Of a stretch of 64,000 bases of DNA, positions 30,496 to 40,980 are shown piece after piece (the first letter of the stretch is position 1; each line of letters opens with the position of its first letter). The notes beneath the pieces are model-generated. The model searched no databases. It was not told the origin of the DNA and saw nothing but the letters and a program-made list of their open reading frames with translations. The translations under genes were made by a program, and so were the position numbers. Origin of the DNA: Pseudomonadota bacterium (GTDB lineage: Bacteria; Pseudomonadota; Gammaproteobacteria; QQUJ01); the NCBI GenBank assembly GCA_008501635.1, contig QQUJ01000018.1:335286-399285 (forward strand). The letters run 5' to 3'.

Positions 30496-33400
30496 ATGGC
30501 TGGTCCTGTTTCCCAATCCCGTAGCCCCGGTCCTGCAGTACTGCCAAAGTGGTTGGCGGAGCTGCGCGCTGAACTCGAGGTTTGCAGTTGGCGTGACCGG
30601 GGTGAACTGGAAAAGCTGTTCGCCGCCATCGCCAGGCGATTGAATGACGGCAAGCCTGCCGATCGACTTCGCACCAAACTCAACGCATTGATAGCCGCTT
30701 CCCGGGAGCGCCGTGCGCGCCGTCTGGCCGGACGCCCGGTGGTGACTTTCCCCGCAGAGTTGCCGGTCAGTCAGCGTCGCGATGAAATTGCAGAGGCTAT
30801 CGCCGGGCACCAGGTCATTGTGCTGTGCGGGGAGACGGGCTCAGGCAAAACCACGCAGCTACCCAAGATCTGTCTCGAGCTGGGACGCGGTGTCGATGGC
30901 CTGATTGGCCATACACAACCACGACGTATCGCCGCGCGCGCCGTTGCCGCGCGTATCAGCGAAGAGCTCGAGTGCGAGCTGGGACAGCAGGTGGGTTACA
31001 AGGTGCGCTTCAGCGATCGCACCCGACCCGACAGCTACATCAAACTGATGACCGACGGAATTCTTCTGGCCGAGACCCAGGGCGATCCGCTACTTTTGGC
31101 CTACGATACGTTGATCATCGATGAAGCGCACGAACGCAGTCTCAACATTGATTTTCTGCTGGGTTATCTCAAACGTCTGCTGCCCAGGCGGCCGGATCTC
31201 AAACTTGTTATCACCTCGGCCACGATCGATCCTGAGCTGTTCGCACGGCATTTTGACGACGCGCCGATAATCACCGTCTCGGGTCGAACCTATCCTGTTG
31301 AAGTTCGCTATCGGCCCATCGCAGGTGAGGACGAGGACGAACGCGATCGTGATCTCGGTCAAGCCATCCTTGATGCCGTGGATGAGGTCTCGCGCATTGA
31401 CCGGTTCGGTGACGTGCTGATCTTCCTGCCGGGTGAACGCGAAATACGTGAGACGGCGGAGGCACTGCGCAAGCACCATCCACCCGGCACCGAAATAGTT
31501 CCGCTCTTCGCCCGGTTGTCCGCGGCGCAGCAGCAGCAGATTTTTAAACCCCACCAGGGTCAGCGCATCGTCCTGAGCACCAATGTTGCGGAGACCTCGC
31601 TGACGGTGCCGGGTATTCGCTTTGTCATCGACCCGGGCCTGGCGCGGATCAGTCGTTACAGCTACCGCACCAAGGTGCAGCGGCTACCGATCGAGAAAAT
31701 CGCTCAGTCCTCGGCCAATCAACGGGCCGGTCGTTGCGGGCGGATCAGTGCCGGTGTTTGTATTCGCCTCTACTCGGAGGAGGACTTCATCAATCGTGCC
31801 CAGTTTACAGAGCCTGAGATTCTGCGCACCAATCTCGCGGCGGTGATTCTGCAGATGAAGTCTTTGCGCTTGGGTGATATCGAAGCGTTTCCTTTCGTTG
31901 AGGCGCCGGATTCGCGCTACATCCGCGATGGGATGCGTGTGCTGGAGGAGTTGGGCGCGGTCGATGCGAAAGGGCATCTCACTGAAATCGGTACGCGGCT
32001 CGCCCACTTGCCCATCGATCCGTGTATTGGCCGCATGCTGCTGGGTTCCTCGAGCGAGGGGAGCCTCCAGGAAATGCTGGTAATCGGTGCCGCGTTGAGT
32101 ATTCAGGACCCGCGCGAGCGTCCACTGGACGCTCGACAGAAGGCCGATGCGAGTCACCTTGAATGGCGCGATGAGCGCTCCGATTTTCTCAGCTACCTCA
32201 ATCTGTGGCGCTGGTTCGAGGAGCAACGCCGTCACCTCACACAGAGTAAACTGCGGCGACTTTGCCGCGAGCGCTTTCTCTCCTACGTGCGAATGCGCGA
32301 GTGGCGCGATATTCATCAGCAACTGCACCACCACGCCATCGAGCTTGGAATGCGGCCCAATCAGCAGCAGGCCGATTACGCCGCCATCCACCGAGCGCTC
32401 CTTAGCGGAGTACTCGGTGGCATCGCAATGAAAAGCGAGAAGAACGAATATCAAGGTGCACGCGGTATCAAGTTGATGTTGTGGCCAGGTTCGGGATTGT
32501 TCAATCGTGGACCGAAATGGATTGCCGCGGCAGAACTGGTGGAAACCACGCGACTCTATGCGCGTACGCTCGCTCAAATCGAGCCAGAGTGGGTGGAGCC
32601 GCTGGCCGGGAACCTGGTCAAGCGCAGTTACTTCGAACCTCACTGGGAGAAGCGTCCTGCTCAAGTCGCCGCGTATGAGCAGATCAGCCTCTATGGCCTG
32701 GTACTGGTAACGAAACGGCGGGTGAACTATGGGCCGCTGGACCCCGGGCTCAGCCGTGAGCTCTTCATCCGGCATGCCCTGGTACAGGGCGAGTACAACT
32801 CCGCGGCACCCTTCCATCACCACAATCGTCAATTGATCGAAGAGATCACGGCGATGGAGCATCGCGAGCGGCGACGCGACATCTTGATCGACGAGCAGGA
32901 GATGTACTCGTTCTTCGACGCACTGTTGCCGGTAGGGATCTACAGCGGCAAATCGTTCGAAAGCTGGCGCAAGCAGGCCGAGCAGGAGAATCCACGGCTG
33001 CTCTTTCTCGATAAGTCGGATTTGATGCGCCGGCCTGAAGAGGCCAGCGAACGAGAGTTCCCTGCTCTGCTGGAGGTGGCGGAAGGTTTAAGGTTGCCGC
33101 TCAGTTACCACTTCGATCCGGGGCACGGCTGCGATGGCGTAACGCTGATTGTACCGGCTGCGGCGCTCAATCAACTCGATCCGCGACGTCTTGAATGGCT
33201 GGTTCCAGGGTTGTTGCAAGAGAAGGTCACAGCCCTGATTCGCGCGCTTCCCAAATCGTTGCGGCGAAACTTCGTGCCCGCTCCCGATTTTGCGTTGGCC
33301 TGTCTGAACTCGGTGGAGCGAGGGCAAGGTGACTTGAGGGATGCACTCGGTTCCCAACTCAAACGCATGACCGGAGTCGAGGTACCCAGCGATGCCTGGG

Positions 33401-34419
33401 AATGCGCAGCGCTTCCAGACCACCTGCGTCTCAATTATCGGGTGATCGATAGCCATGGAAAACCATTGGCGGAGGGACGCGATCTGGCTGAGTTGCGCCG
33501 GAATCTGGATACACAGGCCCAGGTCCATTTTGAATCGCTTCCCGAATCGAATTGGGAGCGGAGCGGAATCGAACGCTGGGACTTCGGTGAACTCCCCGAG
33601 CGTATCGAGATTACCCATCATGGGGTCACACTCAATGCCTTTCCGGCATTGGTGGACGAGGGCGACAGCGTCGCCATCCAGTTGATCGACGCTCCAGCAC
33701 GCGCTGCACAACTGCATCATGCCGGATTGCGCCGACTGATACTCTTGTCACTGCCTCAGCAAGCGCGCTATCTCCGTAAAAATCTGCCGGGTTTCGACAG
33801 GATTGCCATGAATTACCGTGGGATAGGTACTACGGATTCGTTACGCGAAGACCTCACTCGCGCAATCGTCGATGAAACATTTCTACGCGGTGCTACAGCG
33901 GTGCGCGATCAACGCACTTTCACCAGAGTACTGGAAGCGGGACGTGGCCGCATGATGGAGGTGGCCGACGAGATCTGCGGCATCGTTGCCGAAATCCTCA
34001 CTGCCTACCGTATTATTGATAAGCGACTGAAGGGTTCAATGTCGCCGTTGTGGATCGAAGCTGCACGCGAGATACGGAACCAGCTTGACCATCTGATCCA
34101 CCCCGATTTCATCAGTCGCACTCCGGTGTGTTGGCTGCGCGAGTTGCCGCGTTACTTGCGCGCGATCGGGCTGCGGCTGGAGAAGCTGCCCGGCAATCTG
34201 ACGCGCGATCGCAGAAACGCGGCTGAGGTTGAGCGTTTCTGGACGTTGTACTGCGATAGACATGAAAAAAATGGTCGCAAAGGCGCTGCAAACGACGCCT
34301 TGGAACGGTTTCGTTGGTTGATCGAGGAGCTCCGCGTATCGCTTTTTGCCCAGGAGTTAGGGACCTCGCGGCCCGTTTCCTGCGAACGACTACAGAAACT
34401 CTGGGTGCAAATACGCTGA
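30496..34419 (+). CDS. hrpA: ATP-dependent RNA helicase HrpA
   Basis: GETGSGKTTQLPK, DEAHERS, SAT, QRAGRCGR, C-terminal EELRVSLFAQELGT. Confidence 0.96.
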   Translation: MAGPVSQSRSPGPAVLPKWLAELRAELEVCSWRDRGELEKLFAAIARRLNDGKPADRLRTKLNALIAASRERRARRLAGRPVVTFPAELPVSQRRDEIAEAIAGHQVIVLCGETGSGKTTQLPKICLELGRGVDGLIGHTQPRRIAARAVAARISEELECELGQQVGYKVRFSDRTRPDSYIKLMTDGILLAETQGDPLLLAYDTLIIDEAHERSLNIDFLLGYLKRLLPRRPDLKLVITSATIDPELFARHFDDAPIITVSGRTYPVEVRYRPIAGEDEDERDRDLGQAILDAVDEVSRIDRFGDVLIFLPGEREIRETAEALRKHHPPGTEIVPLFARLSAAQQQQIFKPHQGQRIVLSTNVAETSLTVPGIRFVIDPGLARISRYSYRTKVQRLPIEKIAQSSANQRAGRCGRISAGVCIRLYSEEDFINRAQFTEPEILRTNLAAVILQMKSLRLGDIEAFPFVEAPDSRYIRDGMRVLEELGAVDAKGHLTEIGTRLAHLPIDPCIGRMLLGSSSEGSLQEMLVIGAALSIQDPRERPLDARQKADASHLEWRDERSDFLSYLNLWRWFEEQRRHLTQSKLRRLCRERFLSYVRMREWRDIHQQLHHHAIELGMRPNQQQADYAAIHRALLSGVLGGIAMKSEKNEYQGARGIKLMLWPGSGLFNRGPKWIAAAELVETTRLYARTLAQIEPEWVEPLAGNLVKRSYFEPHWEKRPAQVAAYEQISLYGLVLVTKRRVNYGPLDPGLSRELFIRHALVQGEYNSAAPFHHHNRQLIEEITAMEHRERRRDILIDEQEMYSFFDALLPVGIYSGKSFESWRKQAEQENPRLLFLDKSDLMRRPEEASEREFPALLEVAEGLRLPLSYHFDPGHGCDGVTLIVPAAALNQLDPRRLEWLVPGLLQEKVTALIRALPKSLRRNFVPAPDFALACLNSVERGQGDLRDALGSQLKRMTGVEVPSDAWECAALPDHLRLNYRVIDSHGKPLAEGRDLAELRRNLDTQAQVHFESLPESNWERSGIERWDFGELPERIEITHHGVTLNAFPALVDEGDSVAIQLIDAPARAAQLHHAGLRRLILLSLPQQARYLRKNLPGFDRIAMNYRGIGTTDSLREDLTRAIVDETFLRGATAVRDQRTFTRVLEAGRGRMMEVADEICGIVAEILTAYRIIDKRLKGSMSPLWIEAAREIRNQLDHLIHPDFISRTPVCWLRELPRYLRAIGLRLEKLPGNLTRDRRNAAEVERFWTLYCDRHEKNGRKGAANDALERFRWLIEELRVSLFAQELGTSRPVSCERLQKLWVQIR

Positions 34420-34435
34420 GCATCCCTGGTACGCG

Positions 34436-37111
34436 CTAATGGCGCGTATCTGAATGTTCGCCTCCACGGGTCCGCTCGAACCCTACCAGGGTGGTCTCCA
34501 GATCCTCCATTACATCGCTGTCGCCGCGCGCTTCCAATGCCTCGGGCTGGAACAGGGGGCGTGGCGGGCTGATGGCCATGCCTTGTGCGTAGTCGACGCC
34601 GATGCGTTGCAGGATTTCAATGGAGTCGCGGTCCTCCACCATCTCGGCAATAGTGCGGATGCCTAATGCGTGGGCAGTGCGGTTGATCGATTCAATAATG
34701 GTCTGATCGACAGTGTCGCGAACCAGATCGCGCACGAAGCCGCCATCGATCTTCAGATAGTCTACCGGTAGATTCTTTAGGTAGTTGAACGACGACATTC
34801 CGCTGCCGAAATCGTCCAGTGCCAAGCGGCAGCCCATTTCGCGAACCTCGCGAATAAAATTACGCGCGCGTTCCAAAGAGGCCATTACCGCGGTTTCGGT
34901 AATCTCGAAGCAGATGGTTTCCGGAGGTATGCCAAACTCGGAAAACTGATCGCGCAGATAGTGGACAAACAGTTCGTCATTGATGCTGGCAGCCGAGATG
35001 TTTACCGAAATCATGCCCAGCGTCTGCTGCAGGTTTTCACCGTTGGGATGGGCGCGCATGTGGGTCGCGAGGCTCGAGAAAAGGTTGGTAACGACCCAGC
35101 GGTCTACCTTGGGCATCAGGTCGTAACGCTCCGCGGGTGGGATAAACGCCCCGGGTGGGATCAATGTGCCATCCTTTTCCAGGATGCGGATCAGTATCTC
35201 ACGGTGGGGCGCCGCACCGTTGCCGTCGCGCAGCGGTTTTATGGTTTGAGCGAACAATATGAAACGATCCTGCTGGAGCGCTTTGTTGACGCCGGCCACC
35301 CAGTGCATCTCTCCGTGGCGGCGTGCCAGTTCCTCGTTGCTGGGGTGGTAAACCTGCACCCGATTGCGGCCGAGATCTTTCGCCGCGTAACAGGCTACGT
35401 CCGCAGCGCTTAACAAGCCCGCGACGGTGTCGCTTTCAAAGCTGATCGGCACCAGGCCGATACTGGCTCCCACGGAAAACGACTTGCCGTTCCAGTTGAA
35501 GGTGAATCGGTCGATTTCGCGACGCATGCTTTCCGCCACGTCTTCGGCCTTTTTCAGCGGGCAACCCTCCAACAGCAGCCCGAACTCGTCGCCGCCCAGT
35601 CGCGCCAGGGTGTCGTTATCACGCACCTTTTCCCGCAACGCCGCCGCCAATTCGCGCAACAGGGCATCGCCGGCGATGTGCCCGCAGATATCGTTGACCA
35701 CCTTGAATTGATCGAGATCGATGTAGGCGAGTGCATGATCATCGTGTTCCAGGCGGGCGGAACGCAAAGCACTCTCGAGGCGACGTTCGAATTCCCGACG
35801 ATTGACCAGACCTGTCAGCGGATCATGGGAGGCGTGATAGCGCAGTTCGTCGGCCATACGCTGCTCCTGGGTGACATCGTGGAGAATCATCACGGTTCCG
35901 GTCGGATTGCCCTGCTCATCGCGCAACAGCGCTGTGGCCTCCTCGACTACCAGACGCCTCCCGTCACGACGGTGCAATACAAAGCGTGTACGGGCCGTCC
36001 CGCTGTGTTCACGGAAACCAGGGTCAAGCGGTTTTACGGTCGTTTCGGTGCGCGGGTCATCGAACAGGCGGCACACCTCCGGGAGGGCACGGCCATGGGC
36101 CTCTTCCGCGCTCCACCCCACCAGTCTTTCTGCCGCGGGATTGAGGAACTCGACCCGGCCATCGCGATTGGTCGTAAGCACCGCATCGGCGATGGAGCTG
36201 ACTGTGATCAGCGCCCGTTCTTTCTCTGCTTTCAATGCAACCTCGGCGCTCTCGCGCGCCTTGATATCGCGTTTGAGCAGATTGACCGCCTCGCGCAAGC
36301 GCTGCGTGCGTTCCCGCACCTTTTTTTCCAGATCGGCCCGAATCGCGTCCAACTCCTGAGCGTGGTTCTTCTGACGTTCGGCGATGCGGCGATCGATGGC
36401 GGAGGTGGCGAGAACGGTAGCTAAAACAAGCAAAGAGATTGTGGCAATGATGGTGGCCAGTGATAACGGTTCCAGCCCCTGCAAGCCCGCCGCGGAACTC
36501 GACTCCGCGGTAAAAGTGGCCGAAGCCATGGCGGTGTAGTGCATACCTGCAATAGCCGACCCCATAATCAGCGAGCCGCCCAGCGTTTCGCGATCGAGTT
36601 GCAGCGGTGATTTTTCCCGCAAGGCAAAGGAAAGCTTCAGCGCAGCCATCGAAGCCACGATCGCAATGATGATCGACAGGGCGAGTATCGGGAGATCGTA
36701 ACCGACCGTCGCGGATATTCGCATCGCGCTCATGCCGGTGTAGTGCATGGTGGAAATACCGGTGCCGAGGCAAAGGCCGCCGACCGCGAACCGTTTGAGA
36801 CCATCTCCGGGGGTATTGGCGATATAAAGCCCGAGCAGTGCACCGAGGGTGGCGGGTATCATCGAAAGCAACGTCAGCGGAGTATCGTAAGTGACAGCAA
36901 CCGGCAACTGGAGCGCCAGCATCCCCACGAAATGCATCGACCAGATGCCAGCCCCCATTACCAGAGCGCTGCCGAGCAGCCAGCGATTTCGTGCCGGTCC
37001 CGTGGTACCGGCGACGCGCCCCATCAAACCGAAGGCGATGTAGGATACGAATACGGCGATGACAATGGAGAGTGTGACCAGCCGAAGGTCGTAGGATCCA
37101 TCCAGATTCAT
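34436..37111 (-). CDS. MHYT-PAS-GGDEF-EAL diguanylate cyclase/phosphodiesterase
   Basis: MHFVGM, MHYTGM, MHYTAM; PAS (LNPAAERLVGW); GGDEF with RDND I-site; EIL, DDFGSG, KIDG. Confidence 0.93.
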   Translation of the reverse strand: MNLDGSYDLRLVTLSIVIAVFVSYIAFGLMGRVAGTTGPARNRWLLGSALVMGAGIWSMHFVGMLALQLPVAVTYDTPLTLLSMIPATLGALLGLYIANTPGDGLKRFAVGGLCLGTGISTMHYTGMSAMRISATVGYDLPILALSIIIAIVASMAALKLSFALREKSPLQLDRETLGGSLIMGSAIAGMHYTAMASATFTAESSSAAGLQGLEPLSLATIIATISLLVLATVLATSAIDRRIAERQKNHAQELDAIRADLEKKVRERTQRLREAVNLLKRDIKARESAEVALKAEKERALITVSSIADAVLTTNRDGRVEFLNPAAERLVGWSAEEAHGRALPEVCRLFDDPRTETTVKPLDPGFREHSGTARTRFVLHRRDGRRLVVEEATALLRDEQGNPTGTVMILHDVTQEQRMADELRYHASHDPLTGLVNRREFERRLESALRSARLEHDDHALAYIDLDQFKVVNDICGHIAGDALLRELAAALREKVRDNDTLARLGGDEFGLLLEGCPLKKAEDVAESMRREIDRFTFNWNGKSFSVGASIGLVPISFESDTVAGLLSAADVACYAAKDLGRNRVQVYHPSNEELARRHGEMHWVAGVNKALQQDRFILFAQTIKPLRDGNGAAPHREILIRILEKDGTLIPPGAFIPPAERYDLMPKVDRWVVTNLFSSLATHMRAHPNGENLQQTLGMISVNISAASINDELFVHYLRDQFSEFGIPPETICFEITETAVMASLERARNFIREVREMGCRLALDDFGSGMSSFNYLKNLPVDYLKIDGGFVRDLVRDTVDQTIIESINRTAHALGIRTIAEMVEDRDSIEILQRIGVDYAQGMAISPPRPLFQPEALEARGDSDVMEDLETTLVGFERTRGGEHSDTRH

Positions 37112-37276
37112 AGCTCGCCCTTACGCGAGTAGGCCAGCGCCACGGGAGTCCGACGCGCCTGGATAATATCAGTATGTTTATTATGATCCATTAAATTACT
37201 TTGTATTACACTGGAAAGCAATCTCCCCGACCTACACTTGAAGAGCCTTTTCCACCCAATGTCAGCTTATCCCTCA

Positions 37277-38161
37277 ATGTACCCGTTGCCTATCCATTAT
37301 CACGAACCACTGTTTCGTCCCCCCAGTGAGGCCGATTCGCTGATCATCCAGGCCACCCTGGGCTGCTCCTGGAACCGCTGTACGTTTTGTGAAATGTACA
37401 CGAGCAAGCGCTTTCGTCCACGGCCTGAGGCCGAACTCATGGGCGAGATACAACGCCTGGGCGAGCACTGCCAGGACGTGCGGCGGGTTTTCCTTGCCGA
37501 CGGGGATGCCATGACGCTATCAACAAGGAGGCTGCTGGCGATTCTCCATCAAGTTGGCACCCACCTCCCGGGAATCCAGCGGGTATCCTGCTATGCACTG
37601 CCCAGGCAGCTGGCGCGAAAATCCGCGAACGAACTCAGCGAGCTGCAAGATGCGGGTCTCAAGCTGGTCTATGTGGGCGTGGAGTCCGGTGACGATGAGG
37701 TGCTTCGTCGGGTTCAGAAAGGCGAGACGCAGAAAAGCAGTATTGCGGGTCTTCAGCAGGCGCATGCGGCGGGCATGGAGACCTCGGTGATGATACTGAA
37801 CGGGCTCGGCGGCACCACTTTGTCACAACAGCATGCGCGCAGTTCGGCGCTGGTCCTCAACGAGACCCAGCCGCGCTACGCGGCGGTTCTGGTGGTGATG
37901 CTCCCCCATGGTGAGGAGCGGTTTCGCGCGGCCTTCGGTAACGAGTTCCAGCCGCTTGATCTGCGGCAGTCGATCGAGGAGATGCGGTGCTTTATAGCGG
38001 CTACCGACCTTAAGGCCACGATCTTTCGCAGTGATCACGCCTCCAATGTTCTGGTGCTGAAGGGAGTGCTGGGCAAGGACAAGGCCAGGTTGCTGGCGCA
38101 GATCGAACGCGCCGGAAGTGATCCCACACTGCTGAGACAGAATGGGAGGCGCAGACTGTGA
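37277..38161 (+). CDS. Radical SAM protein
   Basis: FRPPSEA, CSWNRCTFC (CxxxCxxC), FLADGDA, GVESGDD, FRSDHASN; start 37259 or 37277. Confidence 0.88.
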   Translation: MYPLPIHYHEPLFRPPSEADSLIIQATLGCSWNRCTFCEMYTSKRFRPRPEAELMGEIQRLGEHCQDVRRVFLADGDAMTLSTRRLLAILHQVGTHLPGIQRVSCYALPRQLARKSANELSELQDAGLKLVYVGVESGDDEVLRRVQKGETQKSSIAGLQQAHAAGMETSVMILNGLGGTTLSQQHARSSALVLNETQPRYAAVLVVMLPHGEERFRAAFGNEFQPLDLRQSIEEMRCFIAATDLKATIFRSDHASNVLVLKGVLGKDKARLLAQIERAGSDPTLLRQNGRRRL

Positions 38162-38372
38162 GATCAGATGGGCGCCCAGATGCTCGTGGTTTCAGTCTTG
38201 TGCGTTGGCGGTGGGTACGAGTTGCGTGCGAACTCGAGGGAATGGTATCGAGGGGTGATGCTGGGGATTCGGGAGGCTGTCTGACAGGGACAGGATCACC
38301 GGTTTCCAGTGGATCAGCAGCCAACAAACGAATGGCGGCCTGGTAAAAGCACCGTTACCGGTTCGGGGCGGA

Positions 38373-39002
38373 TCAAATCAGCTCGGGTTTTATATGGTGC
38401 CAAAGGCGATCGATCTCGGCGTTGAGACTGTGATCCGCGGGAAAAAGGATCAATTCGGCCTGAGGATTGGCGTTGAGGTACTCGATGCTGCCCTGGTAGG
38501 GCACCGTATCATCGTAAATGCCATGAAAGATCAAGGCTGGCAGCGTCCGGTTCAACACACAATTTTCGTATTGACGCGCATCTTCGATGATCCCGTAGTG
38601 AAGTCTGCGTTTCTCCCCGTACTGATAGTGGTCGACCTCCATCCACCCTGTCTCGCGCCAGCGCGCAGCTTGCTGCTTGCCGATCAGGTCGAGGTAGCGC
38701 TCGAGAAAGCGGATCGCAGGCGCGATCATTATCAAACGCGCAATGATGGGAGAATCCTGAGCTATCAGGCAGCCGAGATAACCGCCCATGCTCGATCCGA
38801 TCAGCGTTGTGGGCTCTTCGCTCTCCTGGAGAACATTCCGGATAATGGCGAGTTGGCTGCTGATCGTCAGCTGCTCAAAACCCGGGCTGTTGAGGTCGGG
38901 TGCCTGGAGCTCGATGCCGTGTTCGGCAAAGCGCCGGCGGAAGTAGTTGCCCTTGAAGGTCGATGGGCCGGAGCAGAATCCGTGGAGATAGAGGTAGCGC
39001 AT
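38373..39002 (-). CDS. YqiA/YcfP family alpha/beta hydrolase
   Basis: YLHGFCSGP, GSSMGG nucleophile elbow, HGIYDDTVP, ADH. Confidence 0.88.
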   Translation of the reverse strand: MRYLYLHGFCSGPSTFKGNYFRRRFAEHGIELQAPDLNSPGFEQLTISSQLAIIRNVLQESEEPTTLIGSSMGGYLGCLIAQDSPIIARLIMIAPAIRFLERYLDLIGKQQAARWRETGWMEVDHYQYGEKRRLHYGIIEDARQYENCVLNRTLPALIFHGIYDDTVPYQGSIEYLNANPQAELILFPADHSLNAEIDRLWHHIKPELI

Positions 39003-39109
39003 CTAATGGTTGATCCGAAAAGCGCTGAACATACTGGTCGCGAGGCTGGCTAACAAGCTTACGTGAGCTGTCGGGTAAAAGGGATCGCCTGACGGGCAAC
39101 CCGGTGAGG

Positions 39110-39484
39110 TCAGTGCGATCGGTTCTGCCGGTAGGGCGCGAAAGCGAAACTGATCAGCGCCGTTGCCCAGCGTTTTTGCCAGTGCAGCATCTCCGCCTTG
39201 GTCAGCTCGGCGATTTGCAGTGAATTGCGAACATTCTGCACGACGCGGTTCTGGCACTCTTCGGCCAGGTGGTGCTGACCGTTGATAATGCCGGTTACGC
39301 TCTCTGGTTCGGCACTCATCCGCAGGACAGCGAGCCCGTTGCTGACGCAGGCAAAGGCGGTCGATAATTCGCGGCCCATGCCACTGGTGGCGGCTTGGGA
39401 GGTCAGCTCGACCATTCGCAACGTATACTCGCGTGCGGTTTTACCCAGTTCGGCATAAGCCGGAGCCGCGCCATGAAAGTGCAT
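39110..39484 (-). CDS. Phasin-like (PHA granule-associated) protein
   Basis: 124-aa amphipathic helical ORF with AAGGGG RBS and a PhaR-like palindrome just upstream. Confidence 0.6.
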   Translation of the reverse strand: MHFHGAAPAYAELGKTAREYTLRMVELTSQAATSGMGRELSTAFACVSNGLAVLRMSAEPESVTGIINGQHHLAEECQNRVVQNVRNSLQIAELTKAEMLHWQKRWATALISFAFAPYRQNRSH

Positions 39485-39520
39485 TGTGTTATCCCCTTGA
39501 AGCAGCCAAATCTTATCCTG

Positions 39521-39537
39521 ATGCTGCGTCGCAGCAT
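39521..39537. promoter_or_regulatory. PhaR-like operator
   Basis: Perfect palindrome ATGCTGCG-T-CGCAGCAT (CTGC-N3-GCAG core) 37 bp upstream of the phasin-like ATG. Confidence 0.6.
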
Positions 39538-39789
39538 AGCATGCCAGAAAGGACCGGAGCAACAATGCAGTGTCGGAAGGGGAGTAGCTATCGTACCTGT
39601 AAAATTGCTACTAATCTCCGTAAAAACAATGTGATACTCAACCTGCGGAGATGGCCTCAGTACAGCTGTCATCCCTTGGCGTAACCCCCGATGATCTTTT
39701 AACGCTACGGCGGGGCCTGCTGTTCCGCGCGGGGGTGAGGCGGGATCCGGGAGGTTCGATCGCGAGGAAGCGGCCGCGGGAGGGGAGCT

Positions 39790-40530
39790 ATGGATTACGA
39801 AATCGTGATACTGCTGGGCATGCTGCTGCTTGCCGCCACTCTCTACAGCGCGGCTGGTCAAGGAGGTGGCTCGGGTTATCTGGCGGTAATGGCCTTGTTC
39901 GGTTTGACCCCCATGGTGATGAAACCGGCCGCGCTCGCCATGAATGTTGCGGTAACCCTGCTGACACTGGGAATAACGCGTGGGATCCGACACATTCCCG
40001 TAAAACTGTGCATGGCGGTCACCGTACCCTCTTTCCCAACTGCGTTATTGGGGGGCTATTTTCTTCCCCCCGCAGCCGTTTACGGTTATCTGGTGGCGGG
40101 TGCACTGGTGGTGGCGGCGCTGTCGCTGTGGCGGGAAAGGCGGGAGCTCCCGCTCGTCACGCCGCCACGACCAATCACGTTGGCCCCCATCGGGGGGCTT
40201 CTAGGATTGATCTCAGGCTTGACCGGGGTCGGAGGAGGGATCTTTCTCGCGCCAATCCTGCTGATCAAGCGCTGGGCGGATCTTCGCGCAACCTTGGCGA
40301 TGTCATCGGCCTTTATCCTGATTAATTCCATTGCGGCGCTGATCGGCCATGCGTTCAGCAACTATGAGTGGCCGAGCGAGATGCCCATGATGATTGCGGC
40401 CGCACTCCTGGGGGCTCTCCTCGGCAGCGTCTGGGGGAGACGCTATTTAGGTACTGCGGGAGTTCGCTGGTTGCTAGGCGGTGTTTTGCTCGTGGCAGCG
40501 GCGCGCATGGTTTTCTTTGCCCACCAATAA
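39790..40530 (+). CDS. TauE/SafE family sulfite/sulfur-compound exporter (TSUP)
   Basis: AGQGGGSGY, SGLTGVGGGIFLAP, SSAFILINS; about 8 TM helices. Confidence 0.88.
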   Translation: MDYEIVILLGMLLLAATLYSAAGQGGGSGYLAVMALFGLTPMVMKPAALAMNVAVTLLTLGITRGIRHIPVKLCMAVTVPSFPTALLGGYFLPPAAVYGYLVAGALVVAALSLWRERRELPLVTPPRPITLAPIGGLLGLISGLTGVGGGIFLAPILLIKRWADLRATLAMSSAFILINSIAALIGHAFSNYEWPSEMPMMIAAALLGALLGSVWGRRYLGTAGVRWLLGGVLLVAAARMVFFAHQ

Positions 40531-40568
40531 GGGGGGGGCTCGTGGCAGGAAAGCAGAAGTTGATTAAA

Positions 40569-40600
40569 TATTAGAAAACGTTAATATACTTATTAACGTT
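40569..40600. promoter_or_regulatory. AT-rich operator-like palindromes upstream of DUF2892 gene
   Basis: Perfect AACGTTAATA-tact-TATTAACGTT (40577-40600) overlapping ATATTA-N8-TAATAT (40569-40588). Confidence 0.6.
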
Positions 40601-40650
40601 CATTTCAGAAACTGACGGCCACAGAATATTCCTTGAAGGAGTAACGACTT

Positions 40651-40854
40651 ATGAGTATCGACCGTATGGTTTTGGCCTTTGCCGGCCTGTTTATTTTGGT
40701 TAGTCTGGCACTGTCCCAATTACATCACCCCTACTGGCTCTGGTTTACCGCGTTTGTAGGTGCAAACCTTCTCCAGGCCGCTTTTACCCGCTTTTGCCCC
40801 CTGGCGCGTATCCTCGGATTGCTTGGCGCCCGTAAAGGCGAGGCACTCAGTTGA
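40651..40854 (+). CDS. DUF2892 / YgaP-like small membrane protein
   Basis: [10 protein letters not shown]...[30 protein letters not shown]. Confidence 0.88.
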   Translation: MSIDRMVLAFAGLFILVSLALSQLHHPYWLWFTAFVGANLLQAAFTRFCPLARILGLLGARKGEALS

Positions 40855-40890
40855 GTCGCATCGCCGCTCTCTTCCCAACCTCCCAGGTCC

Positions 40891-40916
40891 AACCCGCCGT
40901 TCGGCGGGTTTTTTTT
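40891..40916 (+). terminator. Rho-independent terminator
   Basis: AACCCGCC-gttc-GGCGGGTT plus T tract. Confidence 0.85.
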
Positions 40917-40980
40917 CGAACTCGCGTACTATTGTGTGGTCCGAAACATGGGTGCCGGCAGTTACTGGCGGGAGTGTTGA

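Noticed and set aside
38182..38195. 14-bp match (GCTCGTGGTTTCAG) to the MITE interior
   Set aside because: Too short, with no TIR or flanking similarity; could be chance.
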